Shown: piece after piece, positions 8,474 to 16,263 of the stretch | Layout: the number at the start of each line of letters is the position of its first letter | Numbering within the stretch: the stretch's first letter is position 1 | Assembly: GCA_015521325.1 (NCBI GenBank) | Contig: WAOK01000002.1 | Location: 70,756 to 134,755, forward strand | Reading direction: 5' to 3' | Source of the DNA: Desulfurococcales archaeon | GTDB taxonomy: Archaea; Thermoproteota; Thermoprotei_A; Sulfolobales; NBVN01 | DNA length: 64,000 bases | Position numbers and translations under genes: made by a program | Notes under the pieces: model-generated | Databases searched by the model: none | Told to the model about the DNA's origin: nothing | What the model saw: the letters and a program-made list of their open reading frames with translations, nothing else

Positions 8474-9972
8474 TGCAGGAACGCGAGCGTGTATATGCCT
8501 ATACCTATCAAGGCTGCACCGCCCGCAACCGATACCTTGTAGGAGTTCCTCGCCACCCATTCCTTAATACCCTCAACCTTCGCGACAGTGCCCGCTAATG
8601 CTACCATGATTATGAGGAGTGGCAGTATGAACACGATGTTATATATTGCTAGGAGGCCGAGCCTCGTGGCTATGTCGTAACTTGACGCCAGAGATGTGAA
8701 GAATAGGTAGGGCCCTGCTGTGCAGGGAAGGAGCGTGAATGTGGCAGTGAGGCCCAGCGCGAACGCTGCTGCCGCTGAGGCAGCTGAGTACCGCTCGCCC
8801 TCTCGGCAAACTTTACATTCTCCTCTATCCCTTAGGCCACTGTAGATCATCCAGGCACCGGCGATGAAGGCTATAACTGGGAACACATACCTTGGTACGT
8901 TCTCGAATATTACGGAAAGACCTATACCCATGATATAGTAACCCACGAACACAGCGGTAGTGAATGACATCCCCACAACCAATAATTTCTTTGTGGATCC
9001 GCCCCGCGTGCTGGATGCTGCCACCGAGAGCAGTATGATGACGTAGAGTGTGAGGAAGCATGGGTTAAAGGCGTCTATGGAGGCAAGGCCCACCGCCGCC
9101 GCTAACGCGGTGACTATATTTCCTGTCTGGGGTACGGGGGATCCGGTGTTTCCATTGCTACTAGGGACTGAGCCTGTTAGGGTTTTCAGCGCTTCTATGA
9201 TGTAGAGGGCCGCCTGATGCGCGAATGTCCTGCCCCTGTCATCGGTACCTTCTTCACCAGCCCTTTTGGCCTGGTTTGAGGCATTCTCTAGGATACTGAG
9301 TGAGTTCTCGTCAGGTGCTTTACCTTCCAGTAACTCGTTAATTATTCTTACATATGCACCGAGAATCATGTCTTTAGTCTCGTTCATGAGTTTCGCCATG
9401 CCTATCTCGCCAGCTGAATCGAACATTATGTAGGAGGCGTATGCGTAGAGGTACGCAGCCACTAGCTTTGCCGCAGCCGATCTTAGCGAACCGTTCTCTA
9501 TCATTGCTGGCTTAACGAAGAGTTCCGTAGCTAGTGTTTGGTTTGTTGTTATGTATCCCCTTAGGTAATCGCCGAAATAGATGTAGACTCTGTCAGTGGG
9601 CCCGAAGCTCTCCCAAAAGGTTCTGTTCTCCAGCTCCCCTATTACTATACCGACTAACTTCCCCTCCCTCACCACGAGAGTAAACGGTACAGCAGCATAG
9701 GTAGAATTCATGGGGAGACCAAGAAATGCGTGGAGGAGCTGATATAGCATTGCGCAGGAATCGTCCGTATTGATTGGGCAGAAACCGAAGTTATTCGGGA
9801 ACTCCGTCTTCATGAAATCGTCGAGAGCTCTACAGTGCGGGCATAGGGTTGAACCATATATTAGGTAGTACGGGTCGGGTGTCTGGGAGGAGAGGCTAAT
9901 GAGAGGAGTAACGATCAACGCAATTGTCATCAGTAATACAGGCAGCGCTTTGATGTATCCCAACATCGGCAC
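8470..9972 (-). CDS. Membrane protein fusing an extracytoplasmic thioredoxin-like domain (CPHC), a helical middle domain, and a CcdA/DsbD-type transmembrane thiol-disulfide electron conduit
   Basis: 500 aa. N-terminal TM/signal, STLCPHCRAL, low-complexity linker SSNGNTGSPVPQTG, then 6 TM helices with FNPCFL and LLPCTAGPY (the CcdA Cys pair) plus a loop CKVC. Confidence 0.6.
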   Translation of the reverse strand: MPMLGYIKALPVLLMTIALIVTPLISLSSQTPDPYYLIYGSTLCPHCRALDDFMKTEFPNNFGFCPINTDDSCAMLYQLLHAFLGLPMNSTYAAVPFTLVVREGKLVGIVIGELENRTFWESFGPTDRVYIYFGDYLRGYITTNQTLATELFVKPAMIENGSLRSAAAKLVAAYLYAYASYIMFDSAGEIGMAKLMNETKDMILGAYVRIINELLEGKAPDENSLSILENASNQAKRAGEEGTDDRGRTFAHQAALYIIEALKTLTGSVPSSNGNTGSPVPQTGNIVTALAAAVGLASIDAFNPCFLTLYVIILLSVAASSTRGGSTKKLLVVGMSFTTAVFVGYYIMGIGLSVIFENVPRYVFPVIAFIAGAWMIYSGLRDRGECKVCREGERYSAASAAAAFALGLTATFTLLPCTAGPYLFFTSLASSYDIATRLGLLAIYNIVFILPLLIIMVALAGTVAKVEGIKEWVARNSYKVSVAGGAALIGIGIYTLAFLH

Positions 9973-10018
9973 CGTTGAGGTAATCCAAGAGAGGGTTTAA
10001 GGGTAATGTATGAGCTCT

Positions 10019-11296
10019 TCACTTATGACTCACGCACTTGATACTATAATTCTGTATGATCTCATCAATTTGTTCTATTAATTCTTTAAGACTGGGCCTC
10101 TGGACGGGATCAATCCTTATCAGTTCCTTAATCAGCGCCCCTACTTCCTTTGGTTGCCTCACCCGACTAATAGCTTCTTCGAGAATTCTTAGGTCATGCA
10201 TTCGGACGTGACGCAACGCACCTTTCTCGAATTCCTCCTCCAGAGCGCTCAGACGTACTGCAATTTCGTCGGATCGCAGAGGCTGATTGCCGTAAGCTAT
10301 CTTCTCAACCGCTGTTATGAGATTGCCGGGCGGTTCATCAAAAGACTTAGCGAGTCTAGCTATGTGCGGCGATCTCCTCTCGGGCTCCAGGAGCGGGTGC
10401 CTTGAGACGGCTATGAAGAGGGATTGGGTACTAGGCACCTCTCCTGTAATGAGCTCATAAATTGTCAGACCGAGAGAGTAAGTGTCGTAGCTCGATGACA
10501 CAGTGTCCCCAGCGGGGTAGAGGAGGCCTTCTGGAGGCATGTACTCTGGGGTCCCGTATAGCCACCCTTTCCAGGTGATGTTAACTGATGTACCGAAGTC
10601 TGTGAGTACTGGAACCGGTACTGAGCCACTGCTTTTTATTAATAGATTATCAGGTTTTATGTCGCCGTGAACTTTTTCGCTGAGTGCCTCAGTAACGAAC
10701 TTCACTGCGCCCACCATCTGCCTTACGGTACATAACAGCATCTTAGGAGACGCCAGTATTATTCTTCGGTTGTCGGTGATCGACCCGCCGGGTACGTATT
10801 CCATCACTATATAGGGTGGGTCTCGCCTATACTCTTCTACGTTCCTGTACGCCTGGCTCCCAGATAAGTACCTGAGTATGGGCCTCATATTCATGTCAAG
10901 GACCTTAACTACGTTATCGGAAAACTCCAGCACCTGCTGCCTCACTGCCCTCGCGTAGCTTACCTCGAAGGCTCTCCTGACTTCTTCAGTTAGGATCGCC
11001 ATCTCATTCTGCGTTGGGAAATCCCCTGAAAGGGGCTTACTAAACTTCACTGCAACATACTCTCCCCTGCTATCCCTGCCGAGCCACACGCGCGAATACG
11101 CTCCCTCGCCCAGGAGCTTTATGAGCTCATAGCCGTGGAGAGCCGCCCCAATTGACTCATCAGTATCTTCGGTTGACGTTTCTGGAGAGAGTTTTCTCCG
11201 GCGCTTGAAGATAGTGATTATGTGTTCATTAAATTCTGTAAGTGCCTGGTCACGCGCTCTCTTACCGTGTGGTTGCCTCATTACCACGCCCGCCAT
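10019..11296 (-). CDS. Hanks-type (eukaryotic-like) Ser/Thr protein kinase with about 100-aa helical C-terminal extension
   Basis: 425 aa. Motifs LGEGAYSRVW (G-loop), VAVKF (catalytic Lys), HGDIKPDNLL, DFGTS, GTPEYMPPE. Confidence 0.85.
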   Translation of the reverse strand: MAGVVMRQPHGKRARDQALTEFNEHIITIFKRRRKLSPETSTEDTDESIGAALHGYELIKLLGEGAYSRVWLGRDSRGEYVAVKFSKPLSGDFPTQNEMAILTEEVRRAFEVSYARAVRQQVLEFSDNVVKVLDMNMRPILRYLSGSQAYRNVEEYRRDPPYIVMEYVPGGSITDNRRIILASPKMLLCTVRQMVGAVKFVTEALSEKVHGDIKPDNLLIKSSGSVPVPVLTDFGTSVNITWKGWLYGTPEYMPPEGLLYPAGDTVSSSYDTYSLGLTIYELITGEVPSTQSLFIAVSRHPLLEPERRSPHIARLAKSFDEPPGNLITAVEKIAYGNQPLRSDEIAVRLSALEEEFEKGALRHVRMHDLRILEEAISRVRQPKEVGALIKELIRIDPVQRPSLKELIEQIDEIIQNYSIKCVSHK

Positions 11297-11327
11297 TCCT
11301 CAGCTATCATTTATTGCTTCGCGGGAT

Positions 11328-11759
11328 TTATTTCTCCAGAAGGAACCTTATTAGCTTCCTTAATCTGGTGCCTTCTATAATGACATAGAGCACGAAAGCC
11401 GTGGTCGCGCCCAATATAAAGGGATCTATCTGCTGGGTGAGAATCGAGTACGTTATTATGAAGACAGCGAACGATATGGATGCCGGTATTAATCTGGGCA
11501 CAGGAGAATTGCTTATGAACAGGTAAAGGCTTGTTAGAGGGTTACTAGTTTTTACAGCGGCGTATCTGCCGTCGTGAGTCTGAAAGACGAGGCCCTCCCG
11601 CCTTAGTCTGTCGAGATGGTACTTAACCGTGGATGGAGACTTTAACCCTATCTTGTTCTGTATCTCCCTAACCCCCATAGGCTCCTTCGACGAGACCAAG
11701 AGCAGATATATCTGTAACGCTGTCCCAGTAGGTAAAGTCGCTGACTTCTTTTTCGCCAT
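11328..11759 (-). CDS. Membrane-tethered winged-helix (ArsR/MarR-like) transcription regulator
   Basis: The ORF track gives 11328-11792. I prefer the ATG at 11759 (MAKKKSATLP...). The wHTH is MGVREIQNKIGLKSPSTVKYHLDRLRREGLV, followed by two predicted TM helices. Confidence 0.55.
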   Translation of the reverse strand: MAKKKSATLPTGTALQIYLLLVSSKEPMGVREIQNKIGLKSPSTVKYHLDRLRREGLVFQTHDGRYAAVKTSNPLTSLYLFISNSPVPRLIPASISFAVFIITYSILTQQIDPFILGATTAFVLYVIIEGTRLRKLIRFLLEK

Positions 11760-11807
11760 CACCTTAACCAAAAATATCCCTCCCTCGACCAACTATAAAC
11801 AGGTATA

Positions 11808-12566
11808 TTACGTGAAGAGCGTGTACAGGAGTAGCCCGACACCTAGGGCAGCTAACAGCGCGATGACCGCAGCCACTACGTTCCTTTCAACCCCATTTCT
11901 TTCCGCAGACAAGCCCTCATCCACGCCGCCATAGACTGCTTTGCCAGGAGGAATCAATGTATAGCCCCCGCCCGAGTACGCAGTTGTAGTAGTGTGCATA
12001 GATGTTGTCATTGTCTGTGTATCGGTGACGCCATGTGGAACCCTCGTAGACATTGTTGATGTGCTCATAACAGTGAATGCATAGGACGTGTTACCCTCGC
12101 CGATAGTGACAACTCCCGGTAGCCCTAAACCGGTAGCGTCGACAGTCACTGATTTAATACACGAAGCCTCAATCCCTGTCATACTCATTCTGTATGTGGT
12201 TCCGCTCGATAACGGTAGTAGAACTGCCGTGAATACCTTTCCGTCTGACCACCTATATTCTCCTTCATCAGTGCTTACTGCGAAATCGAACAATGGAAGC
12301 CTTGCCTGAAGCAGTACCGGAGGACCCGTAATGTTCGTTATCTTACCTACCACAGTCACGTTATATCCGCTACCTGATCTAGCTAAGGTTATTAAGAACA
12401 AGAAGTTAATAGAGAAGTTACCGTCTGGTGTGCTGAGTGTCGTGGTAGAGGTTATGTTGAATGTGCCCTCAGCCATACACACGTCAGCTGCACGGCTAGT
12501 GGCCGCCAACATCACTGCCGTTGTTATGAGAACAAGCACAAATAGTGATGCCGTTCTGGTTCCCAT
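11808..12566 (-). CDS. Secreted, C-terminally membrane-anchored protein with Thr-rich stalk (unknown function)
   Basis: 252 aa. Sec-type signal peptide, N-x-S/T sequons, TTSMHTTTTAYS linker, C-terminal TM VVAAVIALLAALGVGLLLY. Confidence 0.4.
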   Translation of the reverse strand: MGTRTASLFVLVLITTAVMLAATSRAADVCMAEGTFNITSTTTLSTPDGNFSINFLFLITLARSGSGYNVTVVGKITNITGPPVLLQARLPLFDFAVSTDEGEYRWSDGKVFTAVLLPLSSGTTYRMSMTGIEASCIKSVTVDATGLGLPGVVTIGEGNTSYAFTVMSTSTMSTRVPHGVTDTQTMTTSMHTTTTAYSGGGYTLIPPGKAVYGGVDEGLSAERNGVERNVVAAVIALLAALGVGLLLYTLFT

Positions 12567-12629
12567 CGCCTATTACCGCGTGTAACATGCACTATAGAGT
12601 AGATTAAGTTAAGGATGCGAAACCCTGTT

Positions 12630-13955
12630 CTAACCCTTCGAAAATAGCCCCAAGCGTTTCCTCCGCCACCTGCCAGACCTCATTCTCCGGAACCTGTATT
12701 GCAGGCTAAGGAGCTTCTCACTTCCCAGGAGAGCCGATGATAAGTAGAGAAGCACTATGACGAAAGCAAGTGAGACACCGATGCTGGCGACTATGAACGT
12801 GTAGGCACCCTCGAACCACGCCTTAACAAGTATCACTGCTGCCGTGAAAGGACTCGTTAGGAGGAGAGCCACCTGACCCGCCGGCGGCAGGCTCGACAGG
12901 TCTACAAACATAAGTATGAAGGCCGGTATCATTACTAACATGCTCATTGGTCCCACGTAAGTACCGACAGCTCTTGAGTCAGGGGCTATTGACCCAAGGA
13001 GTATACCTAACGCGGCCACAGCCATTAAGGAAATAAATATGACAGCACCAAATAAGGCCATCAAGGCAGGGTCAATGAAACCCGCAGCACCCAACCCAGT
13101 TCCTGCCTCACTACCCTCAGGCGCTGACGCCATGGCCATTATGCTCCCCATGTAGACCGCGAAACCTCCCATGAATGAGATCGTTGAGAGGGCCACCAGT
13201 ATCATTGTCCCAACGAGTTTTGACAGCACTATATGCATTCTAGGCACGGGTAGTGTCAGGAGAATCTCCATTGTCTTTTCCTCGTTCTCCTTGGCCATGG
13301 ATGTCGCGGCCATACCAAGCGCCGACGACACAACGACGAGTGGAGCGAATATGAGCATGAACATTGACGACGCTATTGACTCAAGCACTCTCAGATCGAC
13401 TGTTTCACCCCTTATCGTAACGAGTGACTCTATCCTCAACGGGTTAAAGGCAAACTCAGGACTTACTCCTGCCTGAGTGAGGATATAGGATGACAGCATG
13501 TTAGCAGCCGACCTCACGACGCTCACCATCGCTGATGCAAGGGAGACAGCGGTCAAGGAGACGCCCCTGACCCTTGTATACACTTCAACGTTCGCAGGAC
13601 TCTCATTGCTTATGTTCTCGCCGAAGCCCTTCGGAATAATAACAACTAAGTCATATCCTTGATCAAGAAGTTCTTCAGGCGACGCGTTACAGCTTGTTGA
13701 GTAGGTTGTGTTGCCCGCTACTTTCTCTAAGAAACTCACGTATAAGGTACTGTAGTTGCTTGCGTCCTCGTCACAAACTATGAGGCTAATCGTCTTCACT
13801 TTCTCCGCTACCTCCTGCACCATCTGGCCAGCGCCAGCGGAAATCGCTATACCCATTATTGAGAAGATTATGAACGGCAGTATTATCGCGCCAACGACTA
13901 TCTTAAGATCTCGTAGGGTGTTCTTTACGTCCTTTACGATCAGCTCCTTAAGCAT
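12630..13955 (-). CDS. ABC-2 type exporter permease
   Basis: 441 aa. TM1, a large extracytoplasmic loop, then 5 C-terminal TMs. 8-nt overlap with the upstream ABC ATPase gene. Confidence 0.6.
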   Translation of the reverse strand: MLKELIVKDVKNTLRDLKIVVGAIILPFIIFSIMGIAISAGAGQMVQEVAEKVKTISLIVCDEDASNYSTLYVSFLEKVAGNTTYSTSCNASPEELLDQGYDLVVIIPKGFGENISNESPANVEVYTRVRGVSLTAVSLASAMVSVVRSAANMLSSYILTQAGVSPEFAFNPLRIESLVTIRGETVDLRVLESIASSMFMLIFAPLVVVSSALGMAATSMAKENEEKTMEILLTLPVPRMHIVLSKLVGTMILVALSTISFMGGFAVYMGSIMAMASAPEGSEAGTGLGAAGFIDPALMALFGAVIFISLMAVAALGILLGSIAPDSRAVGTYVGPMSMLVMIPAFILMFVDLSSLPPAGQVALLLTSPFTAAVILVKAWFEGAYTFIVASIGVSLAFVIVLLYLSSALLGSEKLLSLQYRFRRMRSGRWRRKRLGLFSKG

Positions 13956-14667
13956 GGGCCACCACCTTCACAAATACTTCCTCAAGGTTAGAGGCGCCGT
14001 ACTCTTCTAGAAGCTCGTCCGGCTTCCCTATCAGTTTCAGCACTCCCTCATCTATGAGAGCCACACGATCGCATAAGTAATGAACTTCGAGCATGTTATG
14101 AGATGATAGCAGAACTGATACGCCGTGCTCCCTAGCGTACTGCTTGATCATTTTCCTAACGTGGACAGCGTGAACTACATCTAGGCCTGAGGTAGGCTCG
14201 TCAAGTATCGCGAGCCTTGGCCTGACCATGAGGGCTCTAGCCAACTGCAGCCTTCTCTTCATGCCCTTAGAGTATGTCCGTACCTGCCTATCTATAGCGT
14301 CACCAAGTCCAGCGATCCTAATGCCCTCCTCAACGGCCTCACGCCCCACTCTGTATATCTTCGCCATCAACTCCAGATACTCCCTCCCTGTAAGGTACGG
14401 GTAAGCACCCGCCTCCTCAGGCAGGTAGGATATAAGCTTCCTAACCTCGTCCCTCTCCGTAACCACATCATGACCAAGCACCTCGACCCTACCTGATGTC
14501 GGTGTTAGTAGTGTCGCCAGGATACGGAGGGTTGTGGTCTTTCCTGCACCGTTAGGACCAACTAGACCAAATATCTCGCCGTGCCCTACAGTGAATGAGA
14601 TGCCCTTTAGTGCCATGACGTTCCCGTATTTCTTAACAAGATTCTCCACGACGACAACTTCCGCCAT
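13948..14667 (-). CDS. ABC transporter ATP-binding protein (ABC-2 / CcmA-like)
   Basis: 239 aa. Walker A GPNGAGKTT, signature-like YSKGMKRRL, Walker B LAILDEPTSGLD. Confidence 0.85.
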   Translation of the reverse strand: MAEVVVVENLVKKYGNVMALKGISFTVGHGEIFGLVGPNGAGKTTTLRILATLLTPTSGRVEVLGHDVVTERDEVRKLISYLPEEAGAYPYLTGREYLELMAKIYRVGREAVEEGIRIAGLGDAIDRQVRTYSKGMKRRLQLARALMVRPRLAILDEPTSGLDVVHAVHVRKMIKQYAREHGVSVLLSSHNMLEVHYLCDRVALIDEGVLKLIGKPDELLEEYGASNLEEVFVKVVAHA

Positions 14668-14705
14668 ACCCTACCTGACCATAGACGATCCTAGGATAGA
14701 GTAAA

Positions 14706-15539
14706 TTAGTTTTGTCGAATGTTCCTCCGATAGAACAGGAGCTCCCTAATTATAGCTAGAAGTAAGTCCTCACCTACTTTCTCTATGAGGGCCTTCGGCA
14801 AAGACCTCAACACCTCCTGAGGAGATGAAAGCTCCCAGTATGAAGTGATTACCCAGAGCACCGAGTCTAGATGGAGTGAGGGAACCCTGCTTATATCAGC
14901 AACAATTCCCCAAGCCCTAGCAACGATTCTGTACCTTCTCATGAGTTCCTCAATACTGCTGCCCCCCTCTATGAGGCCCGAGAGTATTGATGCCCTCGCC
15001 ACCCTCCTATCGACCGGGATAGGTATCTCTGTTGGCAATACATCGGGGTTACCGGCTGCTCTCCTCCCATAATACGCCATTTTCACAGAGAATACCACTG
15101 TTTTCTTGTCTTTCTGCGTTCTCAAGCACCTAGCTGTCTCGTGCCAAAGCCCGACATAGTCGCCCGTCCTTATGAAGCCCTCTACTTCCCCGCATCCCTT
15201 GATAATATCGAGCCTATTCAGTTTCTGTCGAACCCCGAACCTATGGACAGAGCGGGTGAAGTCTTTCACAGCCTCCACCGTAGGCTCCCAACCTCTCGGG
15301 CAACTGCTAGCTATATGTTCCGCAAATAGCGCCCAGTACTTCTCACCTTTCATAGGGAGCATGTAGCTGACTAGGGCGTTAATGTAGAATGAGGTGGCGG
15401 CCGTTCCCGGACAATTCGCCTCTATCGTTATTGCCGACTTCATCTGCGGATCCTCATCCTCGAACGCTTTAACGCCGCGAACACCTAATTGGCAAAACAG
15501 CGCACCCAGTTCCCTAGCCCTTTCCTTGTTTATGAACAA
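14706..15539 (-). CDS. Archaeal 8-oxoguanine DNA glycosylase/lyase (AGOG family)
   Basis: 277 aa. Segments I recall from Pyrobaculum AGOG: INALVSYMLPMKGEKYW, KKTVVFSVKMAYY, LPTEIPIPVDRRVAR, PSLHLDSVLW. TTG start. Confidence 0.75.
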   Translation of the reverse strand: MFINKERARELGALFCQLGVRGVKAFEDEDPQMKSAITIEANCPGTAATSFYINALVSYMLPMKGEKYWALFAEHIASSCPRGWEPTVEAVKDFTRSVHRFGVRQKLNRLDIIKGCGEVEGFIRTGDYVGLWHETARCLRTQKDKKTVVFSVKMAYYGRRAAGNPDVLPTEIPIPVDRRVARASILSGLIEGGSSIEELMRRYRIVARAWGIVADISRVPSLHLDSVLWVITSYWELSSPQEVLRSLPKALIEKVGEDLLLAIIRELLFYRRNIRQN

Positions 15540-15540
15540 C

Positions 15541-15548
15541 CTATATCT
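15541..15548 (+). promoter_or_regulatory. TATA-like box (CTATATCT) about 25 nt upstream of the C/D box sRNA
   Basis: Spacing to the first nucleotides before the C box (about 15568-15571) fits the archaeal TATA-to-TSS distance. It sits at the AGOG start, so it may be bidirectional or coincidental. Confidence 0.3.
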
Positions 15549-15565
15549 CCCACATCAATTTCCTA

Positions 15566-15624
15566 ACGGGATGATGAGTTTTCGGGGAGAGTGAGCGGTG
15601 ATGAAGCGGTTACTCGCTGATGCA
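15566..15624 (+). ncRNA. C/D box sRNA (2'-O-methylation guide)
   Basis: C box AUGAUGA 15571-15577; 13-nt spacer GUUUUCGGGGAGA; D' GUGA 15591-15594; 3-nt loop; C' GUGAUGA 15598-15604; 12-nt spacer AGCGGUUACUCG; D box CUGA 15617-15620. This is the canonical archaeal 50-nt architecture, in a 90-nt intergenic gap, followed by T-rich CCTTTAATCGTTTATC. Confidence 0.7.
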
Positions 15625-15629
15625 GGCCT

Positions 15630-16169
15630 TTAATCGTTTATCATGAGCTCAACATAGGCTGGAAGGAAAAGAAGGGCGGACACCAGTTCGGGCACCGCAG
15701 CTCCCGGGGGTATGCCCATCACAAAATGAGTAGCCCAAGCAACTACCGATATAGTTGCGGCAACGATTGCCCACATCCTCCTCCGTCTTACCGCGTAAAG
15801 GATTAGGAACACAGTGATAACTACGAAGAACATCGCTGATACTACGTAGTGTAGGTGATCAAACCTAATGTCATACACTTCATCATAGACAGCGATGAGT
15901 TGAAGAAAGAAAGAAGCCAAGAGAAGCGTAGCTGATAGTACACGGTCCCTTCCCCAGAGATAAGCGGTTGCCTGGATTACAAGAAGGAATGATGTTATTG
16001 TTAGGCCTAGGTTAAAGATGGGAGCGGACGGGGATCTTATAGCATGGCCAAGATCGCTGAAGGCGTTTCGACAGAGGCTAAAGCCGGGGTACATCAGTGC
16101 AGAGACCGTTATGGCTAGGAAAGGAGTTATTACTGTCGCGATCACGAGGAGCGCCCGGTTAGCTCTCAT
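15630..16169 (-). CDS. Polytopic membrane protein (DUF998-like)
   Basis: 179 aa with about 6 TM helices. The FSDLG motif after TM1 recalls DUF998. Confidence 0.45.
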   Translation of the reverse strand: MRANRALLVIATVITPFLAITVSALMYPGFSLCRNAFSDLGHAIRSPSAPIFNLGLTITSFLLVIQATAYLWGRDRVLSATLLLASFFLQLIAVYDEVYDIRFDHLHYVVSAMFFVVITVFLILYAVRRRRMWAIVAATISVVAWATHFVMGIPPGAAVPELVSALLFLPAYVELMIND

Positions 16170-16263
16170 TTATTCAGTCCCTGACATGTTTTATTCCCTA
16201 ATACTGATAACCATTTTCGTTTTCGTGAACTGGTTTAGAAGGCGGGCATCTATCCAGACAGTC

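Noticed and set aside
16170-16263. TTTTCG TTTTCG mini-repeat and CUGA motifs between herA and the DUF998 gene
   Set aside because: It has only two copies, no C box and no structure. It is consistent with an ordinary terminator/promoter spacer.
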